A stretch of DNA of 64,000 nucleotides from Mustelus asterias. Its lineage: Eukaryota. Within the stretch, counting starts at the first letter, position 1; the number at the start of each line of letters is the position of its first letter. Shown piece by piece: positions 11,980 to 24,027 of this stretch. The notes below the pieces were generated by a model. It made no database searches, had not been told where the DNA came from, and saw only the letters and a list, made by a program, of their open reading frames with translations. The stretch lies in NCBI RefSeq assembly GCF_964213995.1, contig NC_135830.1:1488001-1552000 (forward strand), read 5' to 3'. A program made the translations under genes and the position numbers.

Positions 11980-12290
11980 TTGTCTGTGCGTGTGTGCGTT
12001 GGTGCCAGTGTGTGAATGTGTGTCAGACTGTGTGTGAAACTCTGTGTGTGTGACAGAGAGGGAGAGAGAATGTGTGTTTGTGTGTCTTTGTGCCTGTGTG
12101 CCTATCTGTGTGTATGCGTGAGTGCGTGTGTGTGTGCGTATTAGAGAGGGAGGGATAATATGGATTTGTGTATTTATGTGTCTGTGTGTCTTTCTGGCTG
12201 TGATTGCCTATGTACGTGAGCGTGTCTATGTAAGAGTGTGTATGTGTGTGTGGGTGTGTGCGTGCGTGAAAATGTGGGCACTTGTGTGTG
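11980..12290. repeat. GT-rich low-complexity tract
   Basis: Direct inspection. Confidence 0.85.
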
Positions 12291-12824
12291 TACATTGAAG
12301 GAGGGCATGGATCTTGGAGGATTATAAGCCAGAGGAAGAGTCTATATGCAAACAAATGTTGAGTATATGGATGCGGTCACTGGTGAGTAGCATGTAGATT
12401 TAACATGAAAGTGAGTCAACATGGATTCCTGGCAGCAGAAGATAAATCTTTAAATAATATTTTCTTGCTGTGTGTGTTGCACTGCCCAGTTCGACAACTG
12501 AAATTGATGTTTTGGGTTTGGGTGGAAGCGGGTGGCAGAGGCGGGTTTTGGAGGAGATATGAATTGTGTTCAACGATATGAAACGCTGTAAACAATTGGA
12601 GAAACTTGAGGATGAATTATTTCCCTCGTCACAATTGCTTAGTATCTAATTTGTGACATTCATAATCTCACTCTTATCGTTGTTCTAGTAACATACACCT
12701 TTGGGAGGGCTCAGGAAAACTTTCCGCATAGGTTGGGAATGTAGCACATCTCCATGAATATCCCTTAATGACTTTATTCACTATCTTCCTTTCGTGTGAT
12801 TATTACTTGTACTGTTTAACGACC

Positions 12825-12861
12825 GCCCCCCCCCCCCACACCCCCCCCCCCACGCACACGC

Positions 12862-12940
<79 letters not shown>
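12825..12940. repeat. Poly-C followed by (CA)n microsatellite
   Basis: Direct inspection. Confidence 0.95.
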
Positions 12941-12942
<2 letters not shown>

Positions 12943-13304
12943 GACCTCACTCATCGGGTTACTGCTCCCCTGAATGCCAATCTTATTGATTGAGCATCGA
13001 GAGGTGATTTTCACTGCTGCTGATTCAAAACGTGTCTGTGTCAATCACAGGGTTTGTGCTTTCAGGACATTCCGATCGAGATAGACAGAACATCTGCTGG
13101 AAATACCTAGGGCTTGAGCACCTCAATGGGCATGTGTCCAGGCCCTGGCAATCATCCCATGGGTTCCTGCACAGTTGTGTGTCTGAATGTGAACTCGGAT
13201 CCCGGAAATGATTACCCCAAAGTGCTTCAAAAAGGATGCAGGTTCTGGGAATGAAAAGTAAGCTATTAAGTCCTCGAAATTAACGTCCATATTAGAACAA
13301 AGAG

Positions 13305-14190
13305 CCATAGAAGTTTACAGCATGGAAACAGGCCCTTCGGCCCAACTTGTGCATGCCGCCCTTTTTTAACCACCATGCTATTCCGAATTTCCCGCGTTTG
13401 GCCCATATCTCGTTATACCCTTATTCCCGATGTAACTGTCTAAATGCCTTTAAAAGACAAAATTGTACCCGGCTCGACCAGTACCTCTGGCAGCTTGTTC
13501 CAGACAGTCACCACCCTCTGTGTGAAAAAATTGCACCTCTGGACACTTTTGTGTCTCTCCATTCCCACCTTAAAACCATTCCCTCTAGTTTTAGATTCTC
13601 TTAACTTTGGGGAAAGGTGTTGACTATCTCATAGAAATCATAGAAACCCTACAGTGCAGAAGGAGGCCATTCGGCCCATCGAGTCTGCACCGACCACAAT
13701 CCCACCCAGGCCCTACCCCCACATATTTTACCCGCTAATCCCTCTAACCTACACATCCCAGGACTCTAAGGGGCAATTTTTTAACCTGGCCAATCAACCT
13801 AACCCGCACATCTTTGGACTGTGGGAGGAAACCGGAGCACCCGGAGGAAACCCACGCAGACACGAGGAGAATGTGCAAACTCCACACAGACAGTGACCCG
13901 AGCCGGGAATCGAACCCGGGACCCTGGAGCTGTGAAGCAGCAGTGCTAACCACTGTGCTACCGTGCCGCCCAACTGATCTATGCCTCTCATATTTTATAG
14001 ACATCTCTAAGATCACCCCAAAGTCCCTTACGCTCCAGAGAAAATCGTTCCAGTCCATCCGCCTCTCTTTATAACACAATCCATCAAGTCCGGGTAGCAT
14101 CCTAGTAAATCTTTTCTGCACTCTTTCTAGTTTAATAATATCCTTTCTATAATAGGGTGAACAGAATTGTACACATTTTTCCCAAGTGTG
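13305..14190 (-). mobile_element. Old CR1 3' fragment interrupted by an HE1 SINE
   Basis: Minus ORF CVQFCSPYYRKDIIKLERVQKRFTRMLPGL; CR1 3' UTR at 13305-13620. Confidence 0.88.
13629..13971 (-). mobile_element. HE1-type tRNA-derived SINE
   Basis: Reverse complement of GGCGGCACGGTAGCACAGTGGTTAGCACTGCTGCTTCACAGCTCCAGGG...GGTTCGATTCCC (A and B boxes), V-SINE-type core and TTTCTATGA tail. Confidence 0.93.
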
Positions 14191-15410
14191 ATTGATCAAT
14201 AGAGATGCGACTGGACTGTTTAAAAAAAATGTTGCTGGGCATATCTCTGTACAAATGGCTTACTATCTCCTTGCTGCAGGCTGGAATTGGCTTGTTGATG
14301 TTATTGTACAAAATGCACAGATATTTCCAGAAAATTACAATGTGAATCATCACCTCCCCATGCTGTGACTTGCGGGGTTTCTGGCACAAGCAGTGGAGTA
14401 GAGATATCGATTCAGGAAATTGCATTTGGTGTAAGGCATGTGCATGGAAGAGAATACGTAGAACAGTACACAGAATTTGAGACTTTAATTAAGGAAGAAT
14501 ATTTTGACGGATAATTTCAATGCCCACTCTGCAATACTATTTGCCAATGGGGCACGTGTTTATTAAATGGGATGAGTTGGAAGGTCAGGTGTTTCTTGCA
14601 TGTTGGTGCAGACTCGATGGGCCGAATGTCCCCTTCCCCACTGTATGATTCTATAATTTTTTTCTCACACAAAGAGCACAATAACCGATTTGATACCAGT
14701 ATTTGATTCAATTAATAATTTTCTGCTTGACCCATGACCTACAGTCTGTAGAGTTATTATCCCATTCTAGACGCTGATTGGAAACTCAAGTTACTCACTT
14801 GGGTTTCAGTATCGTGCAAACTTCTAATTTTAGTTTCTAACACGTTCTGCTATAGCTGGGTAGAGATGTCTTGATGTCTTCTGAATTGTTGAAGACAGCT
14901 GGGTTATGTAACAGGAATTCAATGACGTCCCTTTCCTCGTAAATATTAACGATAAAATCTTCAAACTCTTGATTTCCCAAGTATCTTAGAATAATTTCTC
15001 ATTTAACATGTTCAAATTTATCTATATTGTTTGATCTCCATCGTTGAGTATTTTCCCATGAGTTGTGAGCTGTAATGATGAGAAAGGGAGACACTATGAT
15101 TTAATTATCATTGTTATCGATTATTCGTCTGGGTTGTGCAGTGTAATCCTGAAAACATTGATTTGTGGAAATACCAACGGTTTGCAATTAAAATCGTTCA
15201 ATGCGAAATAAAATAACAATCTTCACACAGTCGATGTGACCACAATTTAGTGGCCGACAGATTCATGGAGGATTCTTTTAAAGTGAAGTTCCACATTTCA
15301 CAAAGGATTACGTCTGAGATTACTTGATATCATTCCAAAATGATCAATGTCCTGAGACAAGCACCACCACTATCCCAAGATCAATTTTAGTAATACTTTT
15401 ACCCTTTATC

Positions 15411-16294
15411 GACTAAAGTCGGTGGAGTTGTAGACAGTGCGGAAGGTTGTTGCAGGTTACAGAGGGACATAGATAAGCTGCAGTGCTGGGCTGAGAGGTG
15501 GCAAATGGAGTTCAATGCGGAAAAGTGTGAGGTGATTCACTTTGGAAGGAGTAACAGTATTACAGAATACTGGGCTAATGGTAAGATACTTGGTCGTGTG
15601 GATGAACAGAGAGATCTCGGTGTCCATGTGCATAGATCCCTGAAAGTTGGCACCCAGGTTGTTCGGGTTGTTCAGAAGGCATACGGAGTGTTAGCTTTTA
15701 TTGGGAGAGGGATTGAGTTTCGGAGCCAGGAGGTCATGTTGCAGCTGTACAAAACTCTGGTGCGGCCGCACTTGGAGTATTGCGTACAGTTCTGGTCGCC
15801 GCATTATAGGAAGGATGTGGAAGCATTGGAAAGGGTGCAGAGGAGATTTACCAGGATGTTGCCTGGTATGGTGGGAAGGTCTTATGAGGAAAGGCTGAGG
15901 GACTTGAGGTTGTTTTCGTTAGAGATAAGAAGGCTACGAGGTGACTTAATAGAGGCATACAAGATGATCAGAGGATTAGATAGAGTGGATAGTGAGAGCC
16001 TTTTTCCTCAGATGGTGATAGCTAGCATGAGGGGACATAGCTTCAAATTGAGGGGTGATAGATATAGGACAGATGTCAGAGGTAGGTTCTTCACTCAGAG
16101 AGTAGTAAGGGCGTGGAATGCCCTGCCTGCAGCAGTAGTGGACTCGCCAACATTAAGGGCATTTAAATGGTCATTGGATAAACATATGGATGAAATTGGA
16201 ATAGTGTAGGTTAGATGGGCTTTAGATTGGTTTCACTGGTCGGCGCAACATCGAGGGCCGAAGGGCCTGTACTGCGCTGTAATGTTCTATGTTC
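15411..16294 (+). mobile_element. 5'-truncated CR1 LINE
   Basis: ORF 15505-16209 (MEFNAEKCEVIHFG...); TGTTCTA tail. Confidence 0.95.
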
Positions 16295-16815
16295 TTACCT
16301 TACATCCCACAAATAGAGGCCAATGGGAATGAGAACAAGTTTCAGTTACACTGTGCCTTTCACAATCTCGGGACATCTCAAAGGGTTTTGCAGACATTAA
16401 ATATTTTATTTTATATAATCACTGTTGCATTTCAGGGGGAAGCGGTCATAAATTTTCGCACAGCAAAAAACAAACTCGCTCTGGTATTCGTGATGTTGTC
16501 GGTGGGATAAATATTGTCCCCGCACTCAGGGGAGATCTCGCCTGCTCTTCGACATATTTCCACGCTCGTGTTTCTGCCCATCTGAGAGGAATTGTTCACT
16601 GAAAATATTTGGGGTTTGTTTTGGGACTGTAAACATTCACACTGACAAATCTTAAAAATACACATGCCGTGGCGACTCGCTGTCTGATTTCAAACAATAT
16701 CTTGACCCACTTCTTGGTTAAAAAGTGGGAGTGAGACAGGAAGAGAAAGGAGGAATCAGGCTACTCTGGAGGGGTTTCTCAGTCTCCAGCTCTCCGTGTC
16801 ATATTGAGCTCCAGC

Positions 16816-16837
16816 CAGTATAAATAGCAGTATAAAT
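16816..16837 (+). promoter_or_regulatory. Putative IgH V promoter TATA (duplicated CAGTATAAAT)
   Basis: TATAAA at 16819 and 16831, ~100 bp upstream of the leader; no ATGCAAAT octamer nearby. Confidence 0.55.
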
Positions 16838-16932
16838 TTCCAGCAGGAAATTTCAGTTCCAGGCTCACAGTGAGGAGGCGCTGCCCCGTCGATTTACTTT
16901 TCCAAATCAGTTATACTCAGTTATATTAAAGA

Positions 16933-16978
16933 AAGGGATATCCACTGTACCTTTGGCTTTTGCTGGCTTCTCCCACTG
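16933..16978 (+). pseudogene. IGHV: Ig heavy-chain leader exon, start codon lost (AAG where ATG is expected)
   Basis: (K)GYPLYLWLLLASPT G|GTGAGT phase-1 donor; 124-bp intron to AG at 17101-17102. Confidence 0.75.
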
Positions 16979-17102
16979 GTGAGTATTTCTGAATGTACAG
17001 TGAAAGAATAAAACAAAATACTTATCATCTGATACGTGTTGGTATTCCTATTAATTTATTTGATTTTTACCCAATGTAACTGAATTTTTTATTCACTACC
17101 AG

Positions 17103-17398
17103 ATGTGCAATCCGTTGTTGTGCTGACCCAGTCGGCTTCTGTGATGAAAAAGCCCGGAGAATCTCACAAAATCTCCTGTTCAGTAGGTGGCTTCAGTCTG
17201 GACGCTCACCATGTGCACCATGGTTTAAACAATTTCTTGTAAAAGGGCTGGAGTGGCTCCTTGTTTATAGAAATCCGTCGGATAGCAAGTATTATGCGCC
17301 TGGTGTCGAAGGTCAAATGATCCCATCAAGAACCTCGTCCATCACCTATATTGAGATAAAAAATCTGACACCGGAAGGCACGGCCATGTATTACTGGT
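17103..17398 (+). pseudogene. IGHV: Ig heavy-chain V segment pseudogene (divergent VH)
   Basis: DVQS-VVVLTQSASVMKKPGESHKISCSVGGFSLDAHHVH[+2 nt, 17219-20]WFKQFLVKGLEWLLVYRNPSDSKYYAPGVEGQMIPSRTSSITYIEIKNLTPEGTAMYYW. First Cys, FR2 Trp, GLEW and TAMYY motifs present; terminal CAR lost. Confidence 0.93.
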
Positions 17399-17436
17399 CA
17401 CGATGCTATGCATAGCGGAATCCTCAGACACAAACT
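17399..17436 (+). other. V recombination signal sequence (22-bp spacer)
   Basis: Heptamer CACGATG, 22 nt, nonamer ACACAAACT. Confidence 0.85.
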
Positions 17437-17750
17437 GCAAAGAGGGGATTTGCTCAAATCTGCAAACATTACAATAGCAAGAATCTCAAATAAATTTAAC
17501 CTTAACTGAAAAAAGGGAAATACTAATCTGTCCTTGCATAGATGCATAACATTCTTCGTTAATCTTCATTTTCATTGTCATGTTAAGGATGGTACAGATG
17601 GCTGTTAAACATTTCGATAAGATTGGTGTGTGTGTTTATATATATGTAAATGAACTTAAATATCACAGTGATTCAGTCTTCGATGAAACAGAATAAGTAA
17701 AGTGCCCTGTGGAATTTATTCCCCGTTCTTTGCAGTTGACATTCTGCCGC

Positions 17751-17819
17751 AGTATTTGACATGGTGTGTCTCACAGTGATGCAGCTGGGGGCACAACCAT
17801 TACTGCCATTGCAAAAACC
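17751..17819 (+). other. IGHD: IgH D segment (17779-17791, ATGCAGCTGGGGG) with 12/12 RSS
   Basis: AGTATTTGA-12-CACAGTG | D | CACAACC-12-GCAAAAACC; both spacers are exactly 12 nt. Confidence 0.85.
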
Positions 17820-18145
17820 GCCTCAGGACTAATTGATTGAATTTGTGTCAATACATGTTTTTTTAACAATGCAACTTCATTTGTATGAAGTCCTATTTGT
17901 GTCCGGATCTGCTAAAGTGTTATGTTTAAGATATTGATTCTTAATGCAATGTAATGATTCTTAAATTATCAGTTGCTGTTTCAATACATGATGTTGGGCT
18001 ACTCTGCAAAATATAAAGTATTGGCTTAATGAATAAATATATTTAACATATTTATTATTTTAATAAGATCCATTATGACTTTTCTTTGCCTCTCTATTTC
18101 GAACATTTAAATTAACTATGAATTTCTCCCGTTATGTGCAGAACC

Positions 18146-18232
18146 AGTTATTGCATGCCTCAGATCGGCGAATGTAAAGCTGTGACTATGTTGGCTACTG
18201 GGGACAAGGTACCATGGTGTCAGTGGCTGCTG
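18146..18232 (+). other. IGHJ: IgH J segment (18185-18232) with 23-bp RSS
   Basis: AGTTATTGC-23-AGCTGTG | YVGYWGQGTMVSVAA G|GTAAGT. Confidence 0.95.
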
Positions 18233-18335
18233 GTAAGTAACATTCCTTCCTTGTGTGCTGCTGGATTTGTAAGAATGTTGCATATTCCTATTTCTTTCAT
18301 AATTTATGCAATCTCTTGACTTGGTGGATTCAGTG

Positions 18336-18831
18336 TGTTGGAGTGAAGTCAAAGTTAAAGGACACAAAATGGTTACCTGGCACAAAATGGCCTCTGGGAA
18401 AAGACATTAAGAGGCACTGACTTTGGGCACAGACATTGCACAGAGTTAAAACCTGTAGTGTTTAAATTACTGAAGGAAATAGATCAGACCTTGAGGCACC
18501 TTAGCTTGAGATAAAAGCAGGACCCAAAACAATGAGTTTTGATAACGAGATCAGTCATTGATGGGGGACATAAATGCATAAATGTATCTACTCTATGTGT
18601 AACGATGTGCTAACTGTTAATGTCCGTACTTGTCTACTCAATGTATAATGATGTGCTAATGGCTAATGTCTGTACTGTCCATTATGTAAAATGTATAAAA
18701 GATGCTCAACTACCATTGTATAGTTGAGAAGGTGACTCCCTGTACTACGGAGTGCCAGCGCTTCTCCCAAAGCTTTGTCCGAATAAAACTGCTTGTTGAA
18801 GCTCTAAGTCTGACTCCGAAGTCCCACAACA
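18336..18831 (+). mobile_element. Solo LTR (ERV-like), 496 bp
   Basis: Termini TGTTG...CAACA, 4-bp TSD AGTG (18332-35 / 18832-35), TATAAAA 18694, AATAAA 18782, short internal U3 duplication. Confidence 0.88.
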
Positions 18832-19929
18832 AGTGTTTGCAATGATTCAATTGATTATGTTGCAAAGAGAATAGACACTGAAAATTTAGGGGTTTGTTTA
18901 GGATCTGTTTGAATGACTTGTTATTTTTATCTCTGCTGATCAGACTTTGCGCCTGGTATACTTTAGGTACGGAGTTTTGTTAAACAGTTTGGCGTTTCTA
19001 CCATATTTAACAATTGTGACATCTGATTGTTTTAAGGTTTATTACCAAAATACGTGATTCATAATAATTGAAATGAAATTGGAGGCAGATTAAGCAATGC
19101 TTCCAAAATCATTTTAAAAAACTCCGTGTTTTAAAATGAATTTGAGTTATTTTAGTTGTGCTCAAAGCATTTCAATATATTGACAAACATCTCTGATCAA
19201 TAAATTAAATGCTGTGATAAATAAGATGAACACAAGTACTAGTTTCTGCCTGCATATAATTTACATTATTGCAATTTGATATACGATAATATGGCCGAAC
19301 ATTACTAAATAAACCAAGAAAATTAGCACCAATATATTAAACATGGACTGTTTGAGTAAAATTAATTTGCCTTCATTGCATGTTTCTTTTTACTTTAATA
19401 AATTATTTGTTCAGTGACAAATGGCTTTAGTGCAATGTGTTGAGATTAATGTTACATTTGCTTTTCTTGAAGGACTTAGAGGATTTAGCAGCTGTTATAC
19501 TCAGTCTCTTGGTGTTGTAAAGTGCCGTTATTTGCTGAGGAGAGTATATACTAAGTTCACTTAGGATAACTAAAGTTTGTGAGATTGGTGATTCTCTGTC
19601 TTTTTTTAGTGGAGATCATATCGAGAGAATGTTTGCTGTGTTTTTAAACTTCTTTGTAGGAGGATTGTAGTGGGAAAAGATCACATTTTATGAATTAAAA
19701 AATATATTTATGACTATCATTTTATTTAAGTGACAATTGCAGATTAAACTACTCGTATATTGTTTATCATACTCCTACTTAATGCATGTAATATCGTAGC
19801 ACTAATTGCATAATATGAAAGACGATGGAGGGTGAAAATAATATAAATCGAAAATTATATTGCGGCAACATTTCAGAAGGTTACCAGAACATGAAACATT
19901 ATCAGCATATGTTTGTAAGATGTTACGAA

Positions 19930-20145
19930 TAAATATAGAAAATGCTGCATAAAATCAACGGGTCTGGTAGCATCTGCAGAGAGAGAAACTGAGTTAACTT
20001 TGAGTCAAAGTGACTCTTCTACAGATAATGGACTTGAAATGTTGCCTCTATTTCTCTCACCACAGATGCTGTCAGACCTGCCGAGTTTAACCAGCATTTT
20101 TTTTGGATTTATTTCAGACTTCAGGCATCCGTCATATTTTGTTGT
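19930..20145. mobile_element. Old degraded Penelope-like hairpin element
   Basis: Imperfect inverted arms (AAAATGCTG...GGGTCTGGTAGCATCTG / CAGATGCTGTCAGACCTG...CAGCATTTT), related to 23393-23790. Confidence 0.6.
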
Positions 20146-21103
20146 AATTGATTAAACAATGCTTTGCTTCCACAATTCTGTTTGACACGCAGCACGATTA
20201 ACCTAAACCAGGAAAATGCAGAGGCTCAAGAGAGTATCCAATTGTGTTTCTTGTTTTTAATACATTTTAGTTAGTATCATTGCAGTGTTAATCTTAAAAA
20301 AGGACTTTTAGATTAATGTCTTTCTCTCTGCCTTGCACAGATGGTGCGAATTAATTTTCTGTTGAATGCGTGCTAGATCTTACAGTTGGCTAATTTAGCA
20401 TAACTGACTGGTTGCTGAATCTTTATTGAGCTGCAGAACTTGTCATTGTCCCTTCGCTTGTTGTTTAGACTACATGCATTATTCAAATCTTAAACAATTT
20501 GCAAGAGGAAGATGCGCCTTTGGCTGTTATTGAATTGCTCATTAATTCTAGTTGAATTCAAAGAAATTACGTCTTGCTTAAGACTGGATGTGGACAAACA
20601 TTGTAATTGAAGCAACTTAACTATATTCAAAATGTAAGTTTTGAATTGAAGTTCGGCAGTCAATCTCGTAAAGTTGTGTTCTATGTGAGATGTTGATAAT
20701 GACACTGGGCAGCTTAAAACTGAGGGCTATATTTCACCCTTATTAAAATTGCTGCTATTTTTGCTCATTGGGTTTTAGTGTCCCAGATCATGTAGATGTA
20801 TCGATATGCCTCAGGTTGACAGTGATTATTATATATGTCTATTTCAATAAACAACATTATTATGTTCACATTTATTTGCGTGCTGTGTATGGACCACATG
20901 AGTAGTATTTAAAACGTTGCTTCAATTACTTTCTACCAGGGGACGTAATAACGGTCAGAAACTGCCAGGGCTAAGTTCAAAAAAATTTTTTAAATTGCTA
21001 TTAAAATTTGCAATAACATTTAAACTCGAAACTCCAGTTATTGTATCCGGAGGATCTGATCTCAATAATGAGCAATGTTATTGTGTCCTCCGGAGGACAT
21101 AAT

Positions 21104-21454
21104 GCGGCACGGTAGCACAGTGGTTAGCACTGCTGCTTCACAGCTCCAGGGACCTGGGTTCGATTCCTGGCTTGGGTCGCTGTCTGTGTGGAGTTTGCAC
21201 ATTCTCCTCGTGTCTGCGTGGGTTTCCTCCGGGTGCTCTGGTTTCCTTCCACAGTCCAAAGATGTGCGGGTTAGGTTAATTGTCCGTGCTAAAGTTGGCC
21301 CTTAGTGTCCTGAGATGCGTAGGTTAGAGGGATTAGCAGGTAAATGTGTAGGGATAAGGGGGTAGGGCCTGGGTGGGATTGTGGTCGGTGCAGACTCAAT
21401 GGGCCAGATGGCCTCTTTCTGCACTGTAGGGTTTCTATGATTTCTTTCTATGAT
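21104..21454 (+). mobile_element. HE1-type SINE inserted into a palindrome
   Basis: Full-length HE1 consensus; flanks form an inverted repeat (see findings). Confidence 0.93.
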
Positions 21455-23392
21455 AACATTGCTCATTATTGAGATCAGAACTCGGCCAGTGATTGAACTA
21501 TTTTAAAATTTTTGTAAATCCATCATGCGAAATGCACTTTTTGAACAGATGAGCTTTACGTCATGCCAACCTGGTCAGAAACACAAAGTGTTTACAGATG
21601 TGTAGGTAAACGAAACATAAAATATTTGGCATTATTGATCATGTTACTTCTTTAAACACAATAAAACAGATATGTCCGAACTTGCAGGCGTTATTTATTT
21701 TATTTACAGAACGGTTACATTAACTTAATAAAGATTAAATGAGTTACAAGGCGCAAAACAGAAGTGTATACAGTTATACAATGATTTGGATTAATCGGTA
21801 ACACATCACAACATTAGAAAATAGGATCCGAGATCAGTGCGAATTCATATAATATAAAGTAACCCTTTCAAATACGCTGGGTTATGTTCAGGGTTAAAAC
21901 TAAAACTCATGATTGAAGAAAATATTTTAGCAATTTGGAGTTAATGTAGAAAACAATGTATTTCTTACTCAATCTGTGCAAATCTGTCAGATAATTATTA
22001 ATCTGCATCATCTGACACATTGAAGCTCAGAGTGCAGATAGGCCGGTGATTTTGCTAAGAATTCAATGTCGCTCTCAGTTATTAGCTGCCCAATGCTTAA
22101 TTCTATCCTACAGAGATCACAACTTTGGAAGTTGTAATGCTGCTCTTAAGTTCAAAGTAACATTTATAATTAAGCGAATCTGCTTCAAACTGCAACATCT
22201 GTTCATCTTCTGTCTAACTGTCGTGATGAGGGATGTTCTGTTTCTGTGAGCGTCGTCACTGCCTGAGAATCAGGAATCCTGGTGACGGACAATGAACATA
22301 CTGGTTCACGCTCCTTTAATTCAAGGTTATTGTTCGTATTTTTTTGTTTTGTTTTCAGTGTTTGATATACGTGGGCCGGACTATCTTCATTGTCCCGTCT
22401 TAAAGATTTAACTTGCAATGCAGACTGGGGTAGAGTTTCAGAATACATTGCACAATTAACCTTACATAGCTTCACAGGACTGTGTGAAGAGAGATTTAGA
22501 AGAACTATTCGATTGTGTATTTGACCTGACAGCGATTCCACTGGCAGTGGTTAACGATATACAATCTCTATTAAGGTAATAGGGTTTGAGAGTTCTGAGG
22601 TAGATACATGAAAAGGACAAAACGTAGATTGTTCAGGTTAAGTAGCTGGCTGTTTATTTAATTTGCATTTCCATTCAAAAAAATAACAAGTTGATGCTGA
22701 TGATCGTTAAAAAATCGACATCAAGTAAATATTGAATCAGTTTGATCTGAGCCACTGCTCACTAACACGCCAACCAAAAGGAGTGACGGTCCTGCTATAT
22801 GATCAAGACTGGAAATTATTATCTTATATTTAAATATGCTGCTTTGCTGTACAGTTAATACAAACTGCGCTTGAATATTTGATGGCGAAATACAAAATGC
22901 AGCTAATATCAATTGCGAACTCAGTTCTTAACTGTCCAAAAACTATTTGATTAACGAGAGGTAGATTAAATTATTTGGTATTTACGAATGCAAACATGTA
23001 AATGGAACCGCAAATGTTAACTTTGCCTGTGCAAAATCAGAACATTCATTGAACTGTGAGTATTTGATGGAGCAATTTACACGAACCGCTTCTGTCCGTC
23101 CGCCCATTGCTTGTCTGTCTCTCTCCCCCCACACCCGTCCGTCCATCTGCCGGTCTGTCCGTCCGTCTGTCTGTCTGTTTAATGATCTATTTGTATACCT
23201 AGCTATCTATCTATCTGTCCGACTGTCTGTTGTCCATCGTTCTGTCTGACGCATTTTTCTATCTGTCTGTCTGTTTGTCTGTCTGGATGTCCATTTATTT
23301 AATTCCGAGTGAAGGACCCTAGTTGGTGGGTTTTTTTTCTTATCATTTTGCTCTAAACAGGAGATGAGTGTATCAATATCAAAACTTTGGAG

Positions 23393-23790
23393 AAAAGCAA
23401 ACTACTGCACATGCTGGAATCTGAAACCAAAAGAGAAAACGCTGGGAAGTCTCAGCAGGTCTGTAAGGAGAAAAAAGAGCTGACATTTCGAGTCCAGATG
23501 ACCCTTTGTCAAAGCTAAAAGGCACAGAAAGTGAGAGGTATTTATACTGCAGTATATTCATACTGCTTTAGTCTCTCTGTTGGACAGCTATTAGCAGTCT
23601 TTTCCCCTTGTTATTGTGGCTATGACTCATCTTTCATTCCCTCACCCTGCAGTATAAATATCTCCCACTTTCTATGCCTTTTAGCTTTGACAAAGGGACA
23701 TCTGGACTCGAAACGTCAGCTCTTTTCTCTCCCTACAGATGCTGCCAGGCCTGCTGAGATTTTCCAGGGTTTCCTCTTTTGGTTTCAGAA
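23393..23790. mobile_element. Penelope-like inverted-repeat element with variant hammerhead cores
   Basis: Arms ~23420-23552 / 23647-23789. AGCT-TTGACAA-A-GGG(T/A)C-atctg-GACTC-GAAA-(C/T)G-TC-AGCT at 23683-23721 (+) and 23478-23516 (-). Confidence 0.75.
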
Positions 23791-24027
23791 ATTTGGAAGA
23801 TACTATGTAAATTTAAATGGCCCATTTGCAATTCGATAGCCAGTTGTCCAATTTTGGGATTCCTATCTGATTAGCATTATCTATTTCAGTGAGAGAGAAA
23901 GGGTTTGAGATATGTTACATATCAAAGTTATTGGAATTTAATGATATCTTTCATCAAATTGAGACATTTTGGATTATTTCATAACACGACTAAATCCTAA
24001 CTTGTTGATTTGACTATTACTTCCCAG

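Noticed and set aside
13814-14074. Recurring ORF MDCGRKPEHPEETHADTRRMCKLHTDSDP (also 21062, 34281, 39408, 60806)
   Set aside because: Antisense translation of the HE1 SINE core, not a gene family.
14240-15200. Minus-strand splice-like signals (acceptor near 15071, donor near 14260) suggesting a decayed gene
   Set aside because: The frames I translated contain stops and show no recognisable domain.
17664-17701. CACAGTG heptamer as the 3' RSS of a D1 segment
   Set aside because: No acceptable nonamer at 12 or 22/23 spacing and no matching 5' RSS.
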